Below, piece after piece: positions 1 through 13,225 of a stretch of 64,000 bases of DNA. The stretch is from Squalus acanthias (Eukaryota). A program made the translations under genes and the position numbers. Within the stretch, counting starts at the first letter, position 1; each line of letters begins with the position of its first letter. The notes beneath the pieces were generated by a model, which saw only the letters and a program-made list of their open reading frames with translations, ran no database searches and was not told the DNA's origin. The stretch covers positions 87,484,001 to 87,548,000 of the forward strand of contig CM059432.1 in assembly GCA_030390025.1 (NCBI GenBank), written 5' to 3'.

Positions 1-414
1 CCTGAGAGGGATCCAGCATTCTATGAGAATCTTTTTCTTTGATGAAAAATAATCTCTTGGTCTTAACAAAAGTGCCTAGGCAGAAACCCAGCACATCAAA
101 CAATGTGTCAATTGTTCCAGAAACAACACTCTTATTATTATTATGCATACCCTCACACTTGTTCTTGACACCTTGAACTCACATTTTGCAAGATGAATTC
201 ACAGAGTAGTAACGTGCAGGCGGTCCACGGGCTCAAACAGGGCTGCATGTAGTGACACCGCTATTCCCAGCCAGAATGGAGATGAGTGGGTAATTCCCCC
301 GTCAATCACCCCTGGAGATCACACTGCTGTAAGTGGACCGGGATTGAGTTTACGCGCATAATTCTCCACTCACTCAATTTTGCTGGAGAAATAATCAATT
401 TTTAATATTTATAT

Positions 415-1110
415 ATATGGATAAATGTAAGGTGATGCACTTTGGTAGGAAAAACAGAAACACCATAGAAAATATGAAACTGAATGGGATAGAAGAGCAA
501 AGGGATCTAGGGATACAGGTGAACAAATCATTCAAAGCAGCATCGCAGGTCAGCAAAGCAATTAAAAATGCTAACAAAGTACTGGGATTTATTTCTAGGG
601 GTATAGAATTCAAAAGTAGTGAAGTTACGTTAAACTTGTATAGGACCCTGGTCAGGCCGCACTTAGAGTACTGTGCACAGTTCTGATCTCTATACTATAA
701 AAAGGATGCAGAAGCACTGGAATAGTACAAAAAAGATTTACAAAAATCGTACCAGAACTGAAAGATTACAGCTATCGGGAAAGATTGAACAGGTTGGAGC
801 TTTTTTCTTTAGAAAAGAGAAGACTTAGCGGAGACCTGATAGAGGACTTCAAAATTATGAATGGGTTGGATAGGGTAGATGTGGAGAGAATCTTTCCACT
901 TGTGGGAGAATCCAAAGCTAGGGGCCATAAATGCAAGGTAGTTACTAAGAAATCCAATAGGGAAATAAGGAGACATTTCCTTACTCAGAGAGTGGTTACA
1001 ATATGGAACTCGCTACCACAGGAAGTGGTTGAGGCAACTCGCTTAGAAGCTTTCAAAAGGAAACTAGATGAGTACATGAGAGAATAGGGAATAGAAAGAT
1101 ATGCTGAAAG
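415..1110 (+). mobile_element. CR1 LINE 3' fragment (degenerate ORF2 C-terminus)
   Basis: ORF pieces contain the CR1 motifs KCKVMHFG, LYRTLVRPHLEYCAQF and RVVTIWNSLP, with stops and frameshifts. Confidence 0.9.
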
Positions 1111-2242
1111 GCTAATTTGTGCACTTGGAGGTATTGAGACTCAAGATCAGGATGGGTGGCACCATGGCTGCCTTAGATTAGACCTCGGACAAGGAGCAAG
1201 ATGACCATCAGCAGCAGCAATAGCCTGCTGTGGAGAGAGCTGTAGGTTGTCAGCACAGATGGGAGCAGCAGCAGAGGGGTCGAGGTCGTAGGAGGCACTA
1301 CCCATGTAACATGGTGTTCAGGCAGAGGCTCAGCTTCCTTGACTTCTCAGAAGAGCAGTGCTTCCGGAGGCTGAGGTTGTCATGTCAGGTGGTGGCAGAC
1401 ATCTGCAGCCTCCCAGAAAAAGATCTGTTTCCTGCTGGACCTGGCAGCCACACATTACCAGTGGTTGTGAAAGTGACCACTGCTCTCAACTTTATTGCCT
1501 CCCAGATTTTTCCAGAGCGCTACCAGAGACATGGCCAGGATCTCCTAGTCGGCTGCACATAAATGCATAAGGCAGGTGACTGATGGGTTATTTGCCAGGG
1601 CCGACAATTATATCAATTTCGCCTGTGATGACACTAGTCAGAATGAGTGGGCGCCCGAGTTTGTGTCTCTGGCTGGCTTCCCGCAGGTGCACGGCATTGT
1701 CGACTGCACACATGTGGCAATCTGCACATCCCTCGATCAACCAGGAGTATTCGTAAACCGCAAGGGATTCTATTCAACCAATGTTCAGTTGGTGTACAAC
1801 CACAACAAAAGGCTTATGCAGGCATGCGCAAAATTCCCTGGGAGCTGCCATGACGCTTTCATCCTGTGGCAGTCCAAGCTCCCCAATCTACAATCAGACT
1901 TAATGGGTGGCTGCTAGGAGACAAAGGATACCTACTTCAAACTTGGCTGATGACACCAGTGAGGAACCCCACCAATGAAGTCCAGGAGCGGTACAATGAA
2001 GCCCAGGAGTGGTACAATGAAAGCCAGATGACCACCAGATGTGTCACAAAGCAAGCGATTGGCATGCTCAAGATACGCTTCAGGTGCCTGGACAGATCTG
2101 GAGGCATCCTTCAGAACACACCAGCCAGGGTCTCCTGAATGATCGTGGTGTGCTGTCCTCTGCACAAAATTGCACAGCAACGAGGATTGGAGCTGCAGGA
2201 GGAACAAGCCACTGAGCACACATCATCTGCGGATGAATCCGG

Positions 2243-2493
2243 CCCTACAGCCTTCGAGATCTCTGCGCTCCTCCATCTCTGGCCTCTTGCGCATCCCCAA
2301 TTTTAATCACTCCAGCCTTGAGCTGCCTAGGCCCTAAGCTCTGGAATTTCCTCCCTAAACCTCTCTGTCTTTCTACCTCTCTCTCCTTCTTTATGTGGCT
2401 CGGTGTCCAATTTTGTTTGATAATGCTCCTGTGAAGCACCTGTGAGCATTTTACTACGTTAAAGGCGCTATATAAATGCAAGTTGTGTTGTTG
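2243..2493 (+). mobile_element. L2 LINE 3' tail
   Basis: Matches the 3' end of the L2 at 19240-21056 (ggccctaagctctggaatttcctccctaaacc ... gcgctatataaatgcaagttgt). Confidence 0.8.
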
Positions 2494-2594
2494 AGAGGGA
2501 GGGGGACGAGGAGGAAGATGAAGATAGCGACCACAACACAGCACCAGTCACTCACACTGCTGCCTGGGGTTCCAGGGATTCCCTTATAGCTGTA

Positions 2595-3367
2595 GGGGGA
2601 AAAATTCAGCTGCTTGCGCCTCCCGTTAGCGCCTTAAGAGGGCGCTAATGGGGCGTAAAGCAGCTAACGCCCGGGCGCAGCGCTGCCCACGCCTCCCGAA
2701 AAATTCAGCGGGAGGTTAGCGGCGGCGGCAGCCGGTAGCGCCCTGTGGCGCTGCGCCGCCGGCGATGACGTCATCGCCGTGCGCAGCACCCCGCTCACAC
2801 CCCGGCCGTGATCTTCAGTCGCGCCCCCTGATTTACCGCCAGACGCTATGTCCGACGGGTTCAGGGAGGCGTACGTGCGGCCGGGGCGGCGATATTTAAA
2901 GGGGAGGTGGCAGGCGGCCATTTTTGTTGCTGGCCGCCTGCCAGCACCTGCCCCCGTTGCTGTCCCCGGCCCCCGTGAAGCCCCCCCACCGTGAAGTGCC
3001 GGCTGCGCTCCAAGAGCCCGGCACTTCTCTTGAGTGCCGGGCTCTTTTGCCGGCACTCCCGATCCCTGGGGGCCCAGCTGGGCCCCGGTTCGCGCTGCGC
3101 AGGGTCCCTCCCCTTTAAGAAGGGGAGGAAGGCCTGCAATACCGCGGTGCGACGTGCCGCAGCGCCACGCGCTGCGGCACGTAGCGCCAGGATATTCCCT
3201 CGCAGCGCCCCAAGAGGGATGCGGGGTGCTTCCAGTGGCGCCCCGCTTCCCTCTTGGGGCGCAACCACTGAAGTTCCGGCGTGGGGCCGCTAATTTTTTC
3301 GGGGCGCTAAAAGTCGCGCCCCGGCGAGGTTAGCGCCCCAAATGGGGCGCGACTCAATTTTTACCCC
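2595..3367. mobile_element. Harbinger-type MITE family A (773 bp, GC/CpG-rich)
   Basis: TIRs GGGGGAAAAATT / AATTTTTACCCC and 3-bp TSD GTA. A near-identical inverted copy lies at 17816-18589. Confidence 0.92.
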
Positions 3368-3689
3368 GTAATGTTCAGTTAGTCACTACCACTGGACCAA
3401 TATAACAATCACATCCAACGGCCACTCTCCCACCCCACACCCCCCAATCCCACTGACAAAAAACAGTCCTGTAACCAACCATCTACCCATTGCACATCCC
3501 CTCATTGTTCCTGTCAATTCATGTCTTCCCATTCATCAACAAGCAACTGAAAAGGCGACTTCCTACTCGGCAACCAAGAATGGGCAACATGGGAAAGTGG
3601 TGCAAAGTAATAAATTTGATGTGATTCTACTAAACAATGGAAACTTAACAACAGAACATTTTGTCAAACACCCATGTGCATACCTTTGT

Positions 3690-4127
3690 TGAACTACAAA
3701 GCCTTACTCTATTTCCTAATCCCTCCTACACGGTGCAACCCCTGTGGCTTCAGCAGAGGTAGAGGCAGGCTGCTTAGATCCCTGCTGTGACTGTTGAGAT
3801 GCTCTTGGCCGATGACCTCTGGGTGTTGGAGCATTTGAGGGCTCTGCCAAAGACTGCTCCACCTGCCCCTGTGCAGGGCAGACTCGACCATCGGGAGACG
3901 AGGCAGCATGTCGGGTACTGGCTGGGGTGGGGAGGGGGGGTAAATGGGTGAGATGTGGGAGCGCTGAGTGGAGTTCCCACTTCCATGTCCCCTTTATCCA
4001 TCATCCCTCTCATGGGCCAGCCGCACTTCACTCCCAGCACTCTGCTGGCGAGCAGCTTGGTGCAGATCAGTGATGTGCCGTAAGGTCAAGGCTAAGGTGT
4101 CTGCCATCCTATTTAAGGCGCCAGACA
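3690..4127 (-). pseudogene. Probable 3' remnant of the convergent Myb/SANT gene of the Harbinger at 1152-4127
   Basis: Convergent position downstream of the transposase, with weak similarity to the 3' part of the Myb genes at 13226-13400 and 63440-63570. Confidence 0.45.
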
Positions 4128-4129
4128 TG

Positions 4130-4393
4130 TTTTTTTTAATTCGTTTATGGCATCAGGGCATCGCTGGCAATGCCAGCATTTATTGCCCATCTCTAGTTGC
4201 CCTTGAGAAGGTGGTGGTGAGCCGCCTTCTTGAACCGCTGCAGTCCGTGTGGTGAAGGTACTCCCACAGTGCTGTTAGGTAGGGAGTTCCAGGATTTTGA
4301 CCCAGCGACGATGAAGGATCGGCGATATACTTCTAAGTCAGGATAGTGTGTGACTTGGAGGGGAACTTGGAGGTGGTGGTGTTCCTATGCACC
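4130..4393 (-). mobile_element. LINE 3' end (CR1/L2 supergroup, family undetermined)
   Basis: Minus strand encodes SWNSLPNSTVGVPSPHGLQRFKKAAHHHLLKGN* followed by a tail. The same sequence recurs at 40160-40340. Confidence 0.75.
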
Positions 4394-5161
4394 TTTAAAT
4401 ATTAAAAATATGAAAGATGAAAATACTCGGATTTTAATAAACTTGATTAATTGACTGATTCATTCGTTAATGGACTTTTGTGGGTGTATCATTGCAGTAT
4501 ACTTTTAATTTTAGTATTTTAGATATTTAACCAACAATTTCAACGACATACTACCACACAAGTATTAATTTGCTATAGCAATGCATGGTAATATGTAATT
4601 TGGGCATGATTATTAAGTATTTAAAATGCTAGGATTGAAAGCATACTGCAACAATAGAGCTGTAAGACTCCACTTACAATAGTTACAATGGTGTGACAAA
4701 TGAGCACCTTATATTTGCAGTACAGCTTTACAATGTTGCCTGTAACTCCTATGAATTTAAGATATTGCTGCTGCCAGCTGTCAGGACCCTAAATGGCTTC
4801 CAGACTTCATACTGGATGAATTAACGGATTACCAATCTCAACAAACTTCCAACTGCCATCATCTGCACACCAAAACTATAAAAACAACTTAGAACATTTA
4901 AGGAAAAAAGCAGTTCTATTTTACGATTTTAGAAATCTGGTTAAAATCCTTTGGTATGGCAGTTCAGGAAGTGAAAGTGGTAAGCGTAAGGTTGATCAAA
5001 ATCACAGAGAAATCTATAACTTGATTGATTAACAAAATGCCAATCATCTTCTCACTACCATCTTGAGCTAAGGAGAGCTATGCTGATTAGACACCTATAA
5101 AGGGAGACAGTGACTTGTCTTGGCAGTGTTTGGTGACAAAAGGTTGCAGCACAGAGTCCTT

Positions 5162-5874
5162 GGGGGAAAAATTCGGTGGTGCCCTCTTTGGGGCACTAAC
5201 TTCGCCGCTGCGCTACTTTTAGCACCCCGAAAAAGTTAGCGCCCGTGTCGTAAATTCAGTGGTAGCGCCCCAAGCAGGAGGCGGGGCGCTACTGGAAGTA
5301 CTCCCCCTCCTTCCTGGGGTGCTACCACTGAATATCGCGGCGCTCCGTGCAACAGCGCCACACGTGTCGGCATGTAGTGCCGCGGTATTGCAGGCCTCCC
5401 TCCCCTGATTAAAGGGGAGGGGCCCAGTGCCGCGCGCACTGGGGCCCTGCTGGACCACTGGGGAGCGGGGTGCCGGGAAAGCAGCCCGGCACTCAAGAGG
5501 AGTGCCAGGCTGAGCGATCGTGGCCAGTACCCCGAATGAAAGAGGGGAAGGGGGCAGGTGCTGGCAGGCCGCCAGAAAAAAAATGGCAGCCCGACACCTG
5601 CCCCTTTAAATACCGCTGCCGCGGCTGCACAGACCCCACCCTGACCCTGTCGGACATATCGTCCGGCGATAGGTCAGGGGGCACAACTGAAGTTTGCGGC
5701 CGGGGTGCGAGCGGGATGCTGCGCACGGCGATGATGTCATCGCCGGAAGCGCAGCACCGCGGGGTGCTACCGGCTACTGCCGCCGCTAACCTCCCGCTGA
5801 ATTTCGCGGGAGGTGTTAGTGGCGCCGCACCCGGGCGCTAGGGGCTTTGCGCAAAGCAACCCAATTTTTTCCCC
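5162..5874. mobile_element. Harbinger-type MITE, diverged relative of family A
   Basis: TIRs GGGGGAAAAATT / AATTTTTTCCCC, collinear with 17816-18589. TSD is imperfect (CTT/TTT). Confidence 0.85.
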
Positions 5875-7467
5875 TTTGAGTGTTGCTAGCTGGAGCCTCA
5901 GCTCTCCTATGGGAGACGAAGTAGGATCACCTGAACCAACCAGAGAAGCAAGAAGTGACGGGAGGGTTCTTGGTGCACAGGAAATTAGTATATTTCCTGC
6001 AGCAGTCTGAAATCATACTTGCCATCATTTGGTGAATGAAAACCAGGGCATCCGGTGAGAAAGAACCTTCCATTACAGAAGTTTCAATGGGCAGTGTTCA
6101 GTATTGTGTGTTGGTGGGTGTGTATATCAAGGGAGGAGCGAGAGGTGATTAATCCAAGGGGTAAAATCTGCATTTAGACAGACTTGCAGTGTCTCAGGCT
6201 CTGTAGCAGTAGATATGTTTAAAAATCCCAAGGTTCTATCTATTAAAAGCAGCACTCAGTGTACAGCTGCAGTTGGCTAATGCTGACAGTGCAAGCTGTC
6301 AGAAGGAAATCTGTATCTCCCTGTTCTGTTGTCCCGATTGCATAAGTGGGAGGGGCATCCTTCCCAGTTATTTTCCATAATGGGGAAGCTTTGAGCCGAC
6401 ATTTATATACAAAACAGTGGGAGCACTCATAAAATCAGGACTCACTTTGCTGCCTTCAGGACTCTGGCCAATACAGTGAAAATTCGAATTATCCTGATGA
6501 AATCATAACAATTGTCAAATACGTGACTACAAAAGAGTAAATGGTAAGCAATTTTGAAGTGAAAATCTGACAGTTAAGAATCAAAATCTAATAAAGATGA
6601 TTTGAATGTATTAAATTATATTTTAATAGGTTAATTTATGTGATTCACTCCAATTAGCTTTGGTTAAAGAGTGGAGGTCAGTTCCGATCCTAGGCTGTTC
6701 CAATAGTATTAAGACAATAGAAATAGCATAAGATTGGCTAGATATAGCCAACAATAGAATATACTGAAGTGATTTTAAGATAAAGTACATTCTATACTCA
6801 TTACAGCTGTTTGCAGACGAGAAGGTATCTGACTAGTCTAAGCAACAGTAAATCAATTGATAAAAAAAAAAGCAGATTGTGATTAATAAAGAATTAGCAA
6901 TAACAAGAGAAGCATAGTTAAGACCAGCAGCTCTGCTATGTATTGTGTTCGGAATAATGATGATTAATTACTTCATTAAAATGAAATTAAAATTGTATTA
7001 ATTCTAATGTATTGTAATTAAGTGTACATGTACACAGATAATTTACTACGGCAGCTTAGTAAATTTTGTCATGATTTAAATTAATATTTGAGTGCCAAAC
7101 TGTCTTTTAAAGGAACAGTGAATTATTTTTTGAAGATCTGACTTAGGACTGCTCTATCCAAAAGACTGAGGAAACCTCTAGTGTACGCTAAAGATAATAA
7201 ATGCCGGGAAACTGTGAACTGTGTTGATAAAGCCTGCTACTTTTGAAATGATCTGTAATCATCAGCATTCTGGTGATACCAAGCTTTATAGATTCGCTGC
7301 CATAATTAAAATAGCATGCAGCATAACACAGGTTAGTATTGGCTATCCGTGTCAGTATGTTAGTGGTCTAGATTATGAAGTTTGCCTGCTTTCTCAATAG
7401 AAGGAGGTGGATTGGAATGAGGAACATTATCATGGATGTAACAGTGTTAGCTATGCCGTTTATTTCA

Positions 7468-8918
7468 AGGAGGTGGCCCTAGAGATAGCGGATGCACTAA
7501 GTATGATTTTTCAGAATTCATTAGACTCGGGAACAGTGCCCATGGATTGGAGGGTAGCTAACGTTACCCCACTATTCAAAAAGGGGGGTAGGGAAAAAGC
7601 AGGTAATTACAGACCTGTAAGCCTTACATCAGTTGTGGGCAAAATGCTGGAGTCCATCATTAAGGATGAAATAGCGGAGCACTTAGCAAATGGGGACAGG
7701 ATAGGACAGAGTCAACATGGATTTACAAAGGGTAAATCGTGCTTGACTAATCTATTGGAATTTTTTGAGGGAGTAACTGGTAAAATAGATGGGGGAGAGC
7801 CAGTAGATGTGGTGTACCTGGACTTCCAAAAGGCCTTCGATAAGGTCCCACATAAAAGATTAGCAGGGAAAATTGAAGCTCATGGGATAAAGGGGAAAGT
7901 ATTGACGTGGATAGAGAACTGGCTGTCAGATAGAAAACAGAGAGTTGGAATAAACGGCTCATTTTCTGAATGGCAGGCAGTAACAAGTGGGGTACCACAG
8001 GGATCTGTCCTGGGTCCCCAGCTGTTCACAATTTACATTAATGACCTGGATCAGGGAGTCGGATGCAGCATTTCCAAATTTGCAGACGACACTAAACTAG
8101 GAGGGGGGGTGGGCTCAGAGGAGGAGACCAGGAAGCTCCAGAGCGATTTGGACAGACTGGGTGATTGGGCGGATAAATGGCAGATGCACTATAATGTGGA
8201 CAAGTGCGAAGTTATCCACCTTGGGTGCAGGAACGGGAGGGCAAATTATTATTTAAATGGCAATAAATTGGGAGAGGGGGAAGTACAGAGAGACCTGGGT
8301 GTTCTTGTACACCAGTCACTGAAGGCGAGCATGCAGGTGCAACAGGCGATCAAGAAGGCAAACGGTATGCTGGCCTTCATAGCAAAAGGGTTGGAATACA
8401 GGAACAGGGATACCTTGCTGCAGCTGTACAGGGCACTGGTGAGACCACACCTCGAGTACTGTGTACAGTTTTGGTCGCCTCATCTGAGGAAAGATGTTCT
8501 TGCCATGGAGGGGGTGCAGCGGCGATTCACCAGGCTGATACCAGGAATGGCGGGATTGACCTATGAGGAGAGACTATGTAGTTTAGGGATGTACACACTG
8601 GAGTTTAGAAGATTGAGAGGGGACCTCATAGAAGTGTATAAAATTCTGACAGGTCTAGACAGACTAGATGCAGAAGGAATGTTTCCCTTGGCGGGTGAGA
8701 ACAGAACTAGAGGACATAATTTAAGGATAACGGCTAAACCATTTAGGACAGAAATGAGGGGGAATTTCTTCACTCAGAGGGTGGTGAACCTGTGGAACTC
8801 ATTGCCACAGAGGGCAGTGTACGCCAGCTCATTAAATATATTTAAGAGGGAATTAGATATATTTCTACAGGCAAAAGGGGTTAAGGGTTACGGAGAGAAG
8901 GCGGGGACGGGATACTGA
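7468..8918 (+). CDS. CR1 ORF2 reverse transcriptase domain and C-terminus (5'-truncated, no native start)
   Basis: Motifs NYRPVSLTS, QHGF, YLDFQKAFDKV, GVPQGSVLGP and FADDTK, with no stops over about 480 codons. Confidence 0.8.
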
Positions 8919-9021
8919 ATTGGAGGATCAGCCATGATCTCATTAAATGGCGGAGCAGGCTCGAAGGGCCGGATGGCCTACTCCTGCTCCTATCTTCTAT
9001 GTATCTATGTATCTATGTATG
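7468..9021 (+). mobile_element. 5'-truncated CR1 LINE with uninterrupted RT reading frame and 3' UTR
   Basis: Open frame to 8918, CR1 3' UTR (gatcagccatgatc...ggcctactcctgctcct) and a (TATGTATC)n tail. Confidence 0.95.
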
Positions 9022-10199
9022 TTAGCCTTTCCCCATAGAAGCTTTAAATGTAATTCAGTATTTTCCATTTATATTTCTGCAACACTTGAGGAAGATTGCC
9101 AGCAGATATACTTAAGGTACTGTACACTCTACCCAGGTTTGATGTCTCTTCAGGAATGCCTGAAACAATCCTACATAACTGAAATTATGGGATGCAGGAT
9201 TGACAAATACTCACACCTTCAGTGGTGTTGAAAGCTATTGCAGTTCCCAAACCCATTTCCTCATTTTGATATTCTTTATGGCAAGCATTCTGGATTGCTT
9301 TGGGAATTTCTAGTCTGGCCACTGAAGGACATCCTTATTCTTGTCCTGAGAAGAGGGCTCACTCATCTCTCTCACTTTCATCCATTTAAAGTTTACCTTT
9401 TCATCCTTCCATACTTTTGTCTCCTCAGACCCTTATCCAGTTTTGCCCCTCGTCTTCCCTCTCTGTTCCATCACTGCTTAAGATGTTGAGAGGGCTGCTC
9501 CTATTAGAGGGCATCATAGTTAAACACAGCTGCTTGGGATGGCCACTGGATCACTAGGGACTTGAATTCATTGGTAAGATTTTGGGAAGATGCTCAACAA
9601 CAAACACATTCTGACATTGCTGCACTGTCAGTTCATGACTGGATGGACGTCTTTAACATGCAGCTATGTCCAGTGAAGGCCACCGATAGGTCACATGGCA
9701 CACTGTGTGGGATCTGCCAGCCCCTCTCGTTATAGTGGTGACAATTCTTTACCCTTACCATATCTTCTCTCCATTGACATCATGCAAATAAAGATTCAGA
9801 ACCTACTGTGACCTCTGAGATGCCCCAAACTATACCCAAACATCTGCTGCCTCCTATTTTCATTTTAATGCACGCTTCTACAATATTTCATAAATGCCAA
9901 TTCCATAAATGTCAATTCTATCCATTTTCATTTAAGAAGGCATAGAGGAGGGGTAAATAGAGCAGATCAAAGGCATGGAAAAATGAATGCTATAGTTATG
10001 GAATAGGTCAAAGAATGTGTTCTAAAGATAAGCTTAAATATTTTTATATAAATGTAAGGAACAAAAGCAATACATGTTTGGAAATAGAAGCATATGCAGC
10101 CTGTGAGGTTATTGAAAGACCTTTGTGCAGATATCTTTTCCCACAGAACTGTTGCTATTCGCAGCTGCTTCATTAGCAGCGACCAGAGTGCCCAGCATG

Positions 10200-10630
10200 G
10201 AAATTCCATTAGACATCCCAGGGGCAGTGGTGGATTTGGAGGAGAAAGAGGAATTCTTGCAAAGAGAAGAGAGGGAGCTGTAACTGCACTTCAAAAATCA
10301 GACTCATCAGAAGAGCCAAGTCTACAGACCTGGTCACACCTATTTGGTGAGGTCTAAATATACCTCCTTTCATTGTCTACATTTCATGAAGGAGGCTGTC
10401 ATAGAGTTATGTTGCATCCTCAAATCTAACCTCTAGACAAGATCTACAACAAGGACAGCCTGGCTGTGAAGGTTAGCATAGCATCAAAGTTTCACGTTAC
10501 TAGATCCTTCCAAACCACTACTGGTAACATTTGCCACATAAGTTAGCCTTCAATGCACCAATACATAAAAACGTAACAGAGGCCTTGTTCATTAGGGGAA
10601 ACATTTTCAACCCTTTTTTCTTGAAAAGGA
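10200..10630 (+). pseudogene. Old Harbinger transposase remnant
   Basis: Degenerate LAVKVSIASKF..SFQTTTGNICHIS..VTEALF, homologous to 11600-11740. Confidence 0.55.
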
Positions 10631-11309
10631 GGCAACAGAAAAGAAGTTCCTCTTACTATCTAATCTAGTTCTATGCTTATGTAACGTATACTTATGTCCC
10701 TTGGTCTTCGTTAACCTGTCTAGTGCGAACAGCTTATCCAGATGAACTGAGTCTAATCCTTGAGCAGTGTAACGATTTGGGTAAAGATAAGCAGCGTGTG
10801 ACAGGAAGGGACAGAGGCCTAGAAATTTGGGTGGTTTGCGCCACCCGTTACCGCCATGAAATGCTAAATAAACGGCAGCTGGCGTTCTTCCGCCAGCTGG
10901 TGGCAGCTCCGGCAGTGGGCGCCATTTTGCAAGTGCCAGTAACGCTGCCGGTAAATAGGGATTTAAATGGCCGAGATCGTGACGTCAGTGAGTGTGCAAC
11001 ACTCACTTGATGCACGATCTGCAGTATTCGTTCTCGCCATTGAACTTACTGGCATGTCTAAACAACAACAGGGAGAGCAGGCACCCAACAGCAGGAAGGA
11101 GGCTGCAGCAGCAATATTTAAAAGAATCATCAGCAATCAGTTGCACCTGACATGGTTATGCAGTTTGAGTGGCTGTGTGCTACTTCCTGCAACTCCAACA
11201 GCTTTCTTTACTTATTTCAAGGTTCTTTGGTAACAACGAGTATTGTTGCAAGTGAAGAACTGTCTCATTATTTTTTAAAGGCTTCTGCTCACAACACTTG
11301 CTCACAGTC

Positions 11310-12502
11310 ATGGGGGCTGTACTGGCTGTCGACCTCGCGCTCCAGGATCTATGGCAGAGGAGCGGAGGCACCGAGGAAGACAGGAACATGCGCGCAGAGG
11401 GAGGAGGAGGAGGGCCATGAGGGCTTGCAACAGGAGGCCTTACCCACCTAGGCTCTTCCGACAGCACTTCTCCTATTTCCAATTAAGCGAGGAGCAGTGT
11501 CTTAGGAGGCTACGCTTCACCAAGGAGGTGGTCACAGAACTCTACCACCTCCTGCAACCAGACCTGCAGCCTCAGACCAGGGCGACCACGACTGTCCCAG
11601 TGGCAGTCAGTCAAGGTCACCGTGGCACTCAATTTCTTCACCAGTGGATCCTTCCAGTCTGCAGCAGGAGACATAGCTAACATCTCACAGTTCACCATCC
11701 ATCGCTGCATCCGGGAGGTCATTGAGGCTCTCAACACCAGGAGAAGGGACTACATTGGTTTCTCTCTCAGCAGAGAGAAGCAGGACGAGCGCGCATGTGG
11801 TTTTGCCAGGATAGCGGGCTTCCCCATGTTGCAGGGCACCATTGACTGCACATGTGTAGATTTGCGGGCACCATATAACAATCCTGAGATCTTTCGTAAC
11901 TGCAAAGGCTATCACTCACTGAATGTGCAGTTGGTGTGTGACCACACACAGCGAATCCTCAATGTCAATGCCCGCTATCCTGGCAGCAGCCATGATGCCT
12001 TCATCCTGCACCAGTCCGGTGTGCCAACAATCTTCCAGCCACCACAACAAATACGAGGGGGGCTGCTCGGAGACACGGGCTATCCGCTCTCCACCTGGCT
12101 CATGACTCCCCTCCGCAATCCCAACGTTTGTGTCCAACACTCATATAATGAGAGCCATGCTTCCACCAGGAACATTATCGAGCAGACCATCGGGCTACTG
12201 AAGCAATGATTCCGCTGCCTTGACCGCTCAGGAGGAGCCCTCCAGTACTCACCAGAGCGGGTGTCCCATTTCATGGTGGTCTGCTGCATGCTTCACAACT
12301 TACCATCATGAGGGCCCAGCCCTTGCCACCAGGGATTGCACCACCACCTCAGGAGCAGGACGAGGGAGAGGAGGAGGAGGGGGAGGACAAGGAGGAAGAG
12401 GACGAGGAGCAAGAGGAAGAGGAGGGAGGGAGGAGGCAGGCAGCCAATCATCCATCCGGACAGGCTGCCTGTGAGTGGCTCATCAGACTCTGATTCGAAT
12501 GA
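11310..12502 (+). pseudogene. Harbinger DDE transposase pseudogene
   Basis: Motifs EEQCLRRLRFTKE, ALNFFTSGSFQ, GFPMLQGTIDCT, GYHSLNVQLVCD, YPGSSHDAFIL, LLGDTGY and IEQTIGLLK, then an acidic tail. Contains frameshifts and CpG-type stops. Confidence 0.92.
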
Positions 12503-12540
12503 ATGAAACATCAGATCTCCGTTGCTCACCACATCCCCAT

Positions 12541-13081
12541 CATAAGAACATAAGAACATAAGAAATAGGAGCAGGAGTAGGCCAATCGGCCCTTCGAGCC
12601 TGCTCCGCCATTCAATAAGATCATGGCTGATCTGATCCTCACCTCAAATCTAAAGAACACAAGAAGTAGGAGCAGGACCCGGCCACTCAGCCCCTGGGCC
12701 CGCTATGCCACCCACAGGGCCTCGACCGATCTGAACTCAGCCTCATGTCCAATTTCCTGCCCGCTCCCCGTAACCCCTAATTCCCTTTACTTCTAGGAAA
12801 CTGTCTATTTCTGTTTTAAATTTATTTAATGATGTAGCTTCCACAGCTTCCTGGGGCAGCAAATTCCACAGACCTACTACCCTCTGAGTGAAGAAGTTTC
12901 TCCTCATCTCAGTTTTGAAAGAGCAGCCCCTTATTCTAAGATTATGCCCCCTAGTTCTAGTTTCACCCATCCTTGGGAACATCCTTACCGCATCCACCCG
13001 ATCAAGCCCCTTCACAATCTTATATGTTTCAATAAGATCGCCTCTCACTCTTCTGAACTCCAATGAGTAGAGTCCCAATCA
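12541..13081 (-). mobile_element. CR1 3' fragment inserted between the two Harbinger genes
   Basis: ORF 12743-13078 (GLYSLEFRR...VVGLWNLLP), CR1 3' UTR and a (TTCTTATG)n tail. Confidence 0.92.
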
Positions 13082-13225
13082 TACCTTCCCTGTCTCATGG
13101 AATATTACATCATTATCCTGGGCACAAAGCTGAAATGAGAGATACCAAAAAATTAATAGATTTATCAATAATCACAGGACACATATTTACAATAATACTA
13201 TTAACTAATCACCCTTGTGCAATCC

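Larger units (their letters stand above)
1152..3382 (+). pseudogene. PIF/Harbinger DDE transposase pseudogene (HARBI1-like), interrupted by an L2 tail and a MITE
   Basis: Fragments [61 protein letters not shown] and LKIRFRCLD. The last codons RDSLIAV|MFS* are split by the MITE at 2595-3367. Confidence 0.88.

Noticed and set aside
2664..3333. Multiple overlapping ORFs of 64-135 aa in MITE A (also 5219-5841 and 17743-18520)
   Set aside because: They are by-products of very high GC content, with no recognisable domain and open frames on both strands.
6400..7400. AT-rich unique stretch with many TAAT motifs (possible conserved enhancer)
   Set aside because: It cannot be distinguished from background without cross-species alignment.
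7407..7467. Apparent N-terminus of the 503-aa ORF
   Set aside because: This is flanking DNA read through from a GTG. CR1 homology starts at about 7468.
11310..12502. Domesticated HARBI1/NAIF1 host genes
   Set aside because: The copies lie within TIR-bounded multi-copy elements and carry stops and frameshifts, so no gene symbols were assigned.
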